Shown: positions 62,785-64,000 of the stretch, one piece after another
How positions within the stretch are numbered: position 1 is the stretch's first letter
Layout: each line of letters begins with the position of its first letter
Assembly: GCF_006345805.1 (NCBI RefSeq)
Contig: NC_043005.1
Coordinates: 62,001 to 126,000, forward strand
DNA length: 64,000 bases
DNA from: Octopus sinensis
Lineage: Eukaryota
Reading direction: 5' to 3'
Translations under genes and position numbers: made by a program
The notes under the pieces: model-generated
Database searches by the model: none
The model's input: only the letters and a program-made list of their open reading frames with translations
What the model was told of the DNA's origin: nothing

Positions 62785-64000
62785 ACTTTGATACTTTGAT
62801 ACTTTGTTAGGTTTCGGCCATTATTGGCCCAGGCCATGTCTAACTTAATAGCACCACCTGGTGAAGTCTTTCAAGTCAGAATTTGGGCATTATGGCCCAT
62901 TCAAGTAGAGAGTTATTGTTTACAGAGACATATCCAGGTGTAGGGGGTTTATCCGGGATTTCTTGAAGGAATCTGTCCAAAGACCTCTTGAACCCTATAA
63001 GGTCAGTTTCTGTTTTAATGTGTTTTGGTGTAATGTTAAAGAGAGCGGCGCCAATTGAGGTGAAATAATTGTGCCGTATTGTTGTTATGAGATGAGAGTG
63101 CGATTTTTGTTTTGGGCGGATGGCACGGGGCCCAAGCCTTGGATGTACCTTAAAGGTGATGCCAACATCATTTGGGCAATGCTGATGGAATATTTTCCAC
63201 ATCATGCAGATGATGTAGCGCTCACGACGACGTTGGAGAGAATAAAGTTTCAGCTTTTCTAGTCGACCCCAATAGTCGAGGCCTGTCATGCCATCTATCT
63301 TTTTTGTGATTGCCCTTTGAGGTGCTTCAACCTTTATGATACCTTGTATTGTGTGGGGAGACCACAGTGGACAACAGTATTCAAGGTGGGATCGGGCAAA
63401 AGTGGAGAAGAGAAGGATAATGGTGTGGATATCTCTCGACTGGAAAGTTGTGAGAATCCAGGAACACATTCTGCGGGCCATGTCGACTTTGGTGTTTATA
63501 TGAGTGGCCCAGCTTATGTTGTTGTCCACAATTACTCCCAAGTCTCTGATGTTGTTGGACGCCGCGAGAGTTTCACCTGAAGGATGGGAGTATGGGAGTT
63601 TCAGGGCATCCTCTTTTCCAAAGTGGATTAACTCAAATTTATCCTCGTTCAGCAGCATATTGTTTTTTTCTGCCCATTGGATAACAGCCAGTAGATCTGA
63701 CTGAAGGCATGTCCGGTCACTCGCCTCATTTATGACCTTCTGTAGCTTGGAATCATCTGCAAAGATTTTTATGTTGCTGTGCTTGATGATGTCATTAATG
63801 TCATTAATGTAAATGATGAAAAGAAGTGGGCCCAGCACAGTGCCTTGCGGAACGCCACTACTGACTTTGGCTGGGCTTGATTTTACCCCTTCAACTACAA
63901 CATGTTGAGATCTGTCTGTCAGGAAACACTTGATCCATTCAGTAACTTTCCAGAGACACCAATGTTGGATAGTGTTTTCAATAGGATCTTGTGATCGACC
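62785..64000 (-). mobile_element. CR1-type LINE 3' portion (runs off the window); ORF intact over 62876-63838
   Basis: SGVPQGTVLGPLLFIIYIND, FADDSKL, HLEYCCPLWSP, LYSLQRRRERY; (CAAAGTAT)n tail. Confidence 0.92.

Overview
AT-rich eukaryotic window that is mostly transposon debris and simple repeats. It is probably from an octopus or other cephalopod; this is inferred from the Nin-type tRNA-SINEs and overall repeat content. No prokaryotic genes, rRNA or CRISPR are present. Host content: two in-phase minus-strand exons (7280-7485, 3734-3775) of a lipoxygenase-like gene, plus a candidate TATA box and non-coding first exon near 40.8 kb. Mobile content: three mariner copies, one maT/DD37D-like element, several Penelope-like elements carrying minimal hammerhead ribozymes (core variants U3:A8, A3:U8, C4), R4/NeSL-type RLE LINEs, CR1-type LINEs, Helitron pieces, SINEs, a 7.6 kb 18-bp satellite and a ~490-bp tandem array. 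The most unusual structure is 41.85-52.2 kb: three ORF1-only Tx1/L1-type units followed by a full ORF1+ORF2 element, all head-to-tail, sharing a 3' hairpin/AATAA terminus, and apparently nested inside the ORF1 of a fifth relative. All family assignments rest on motif recognition by eye; no searches were run.
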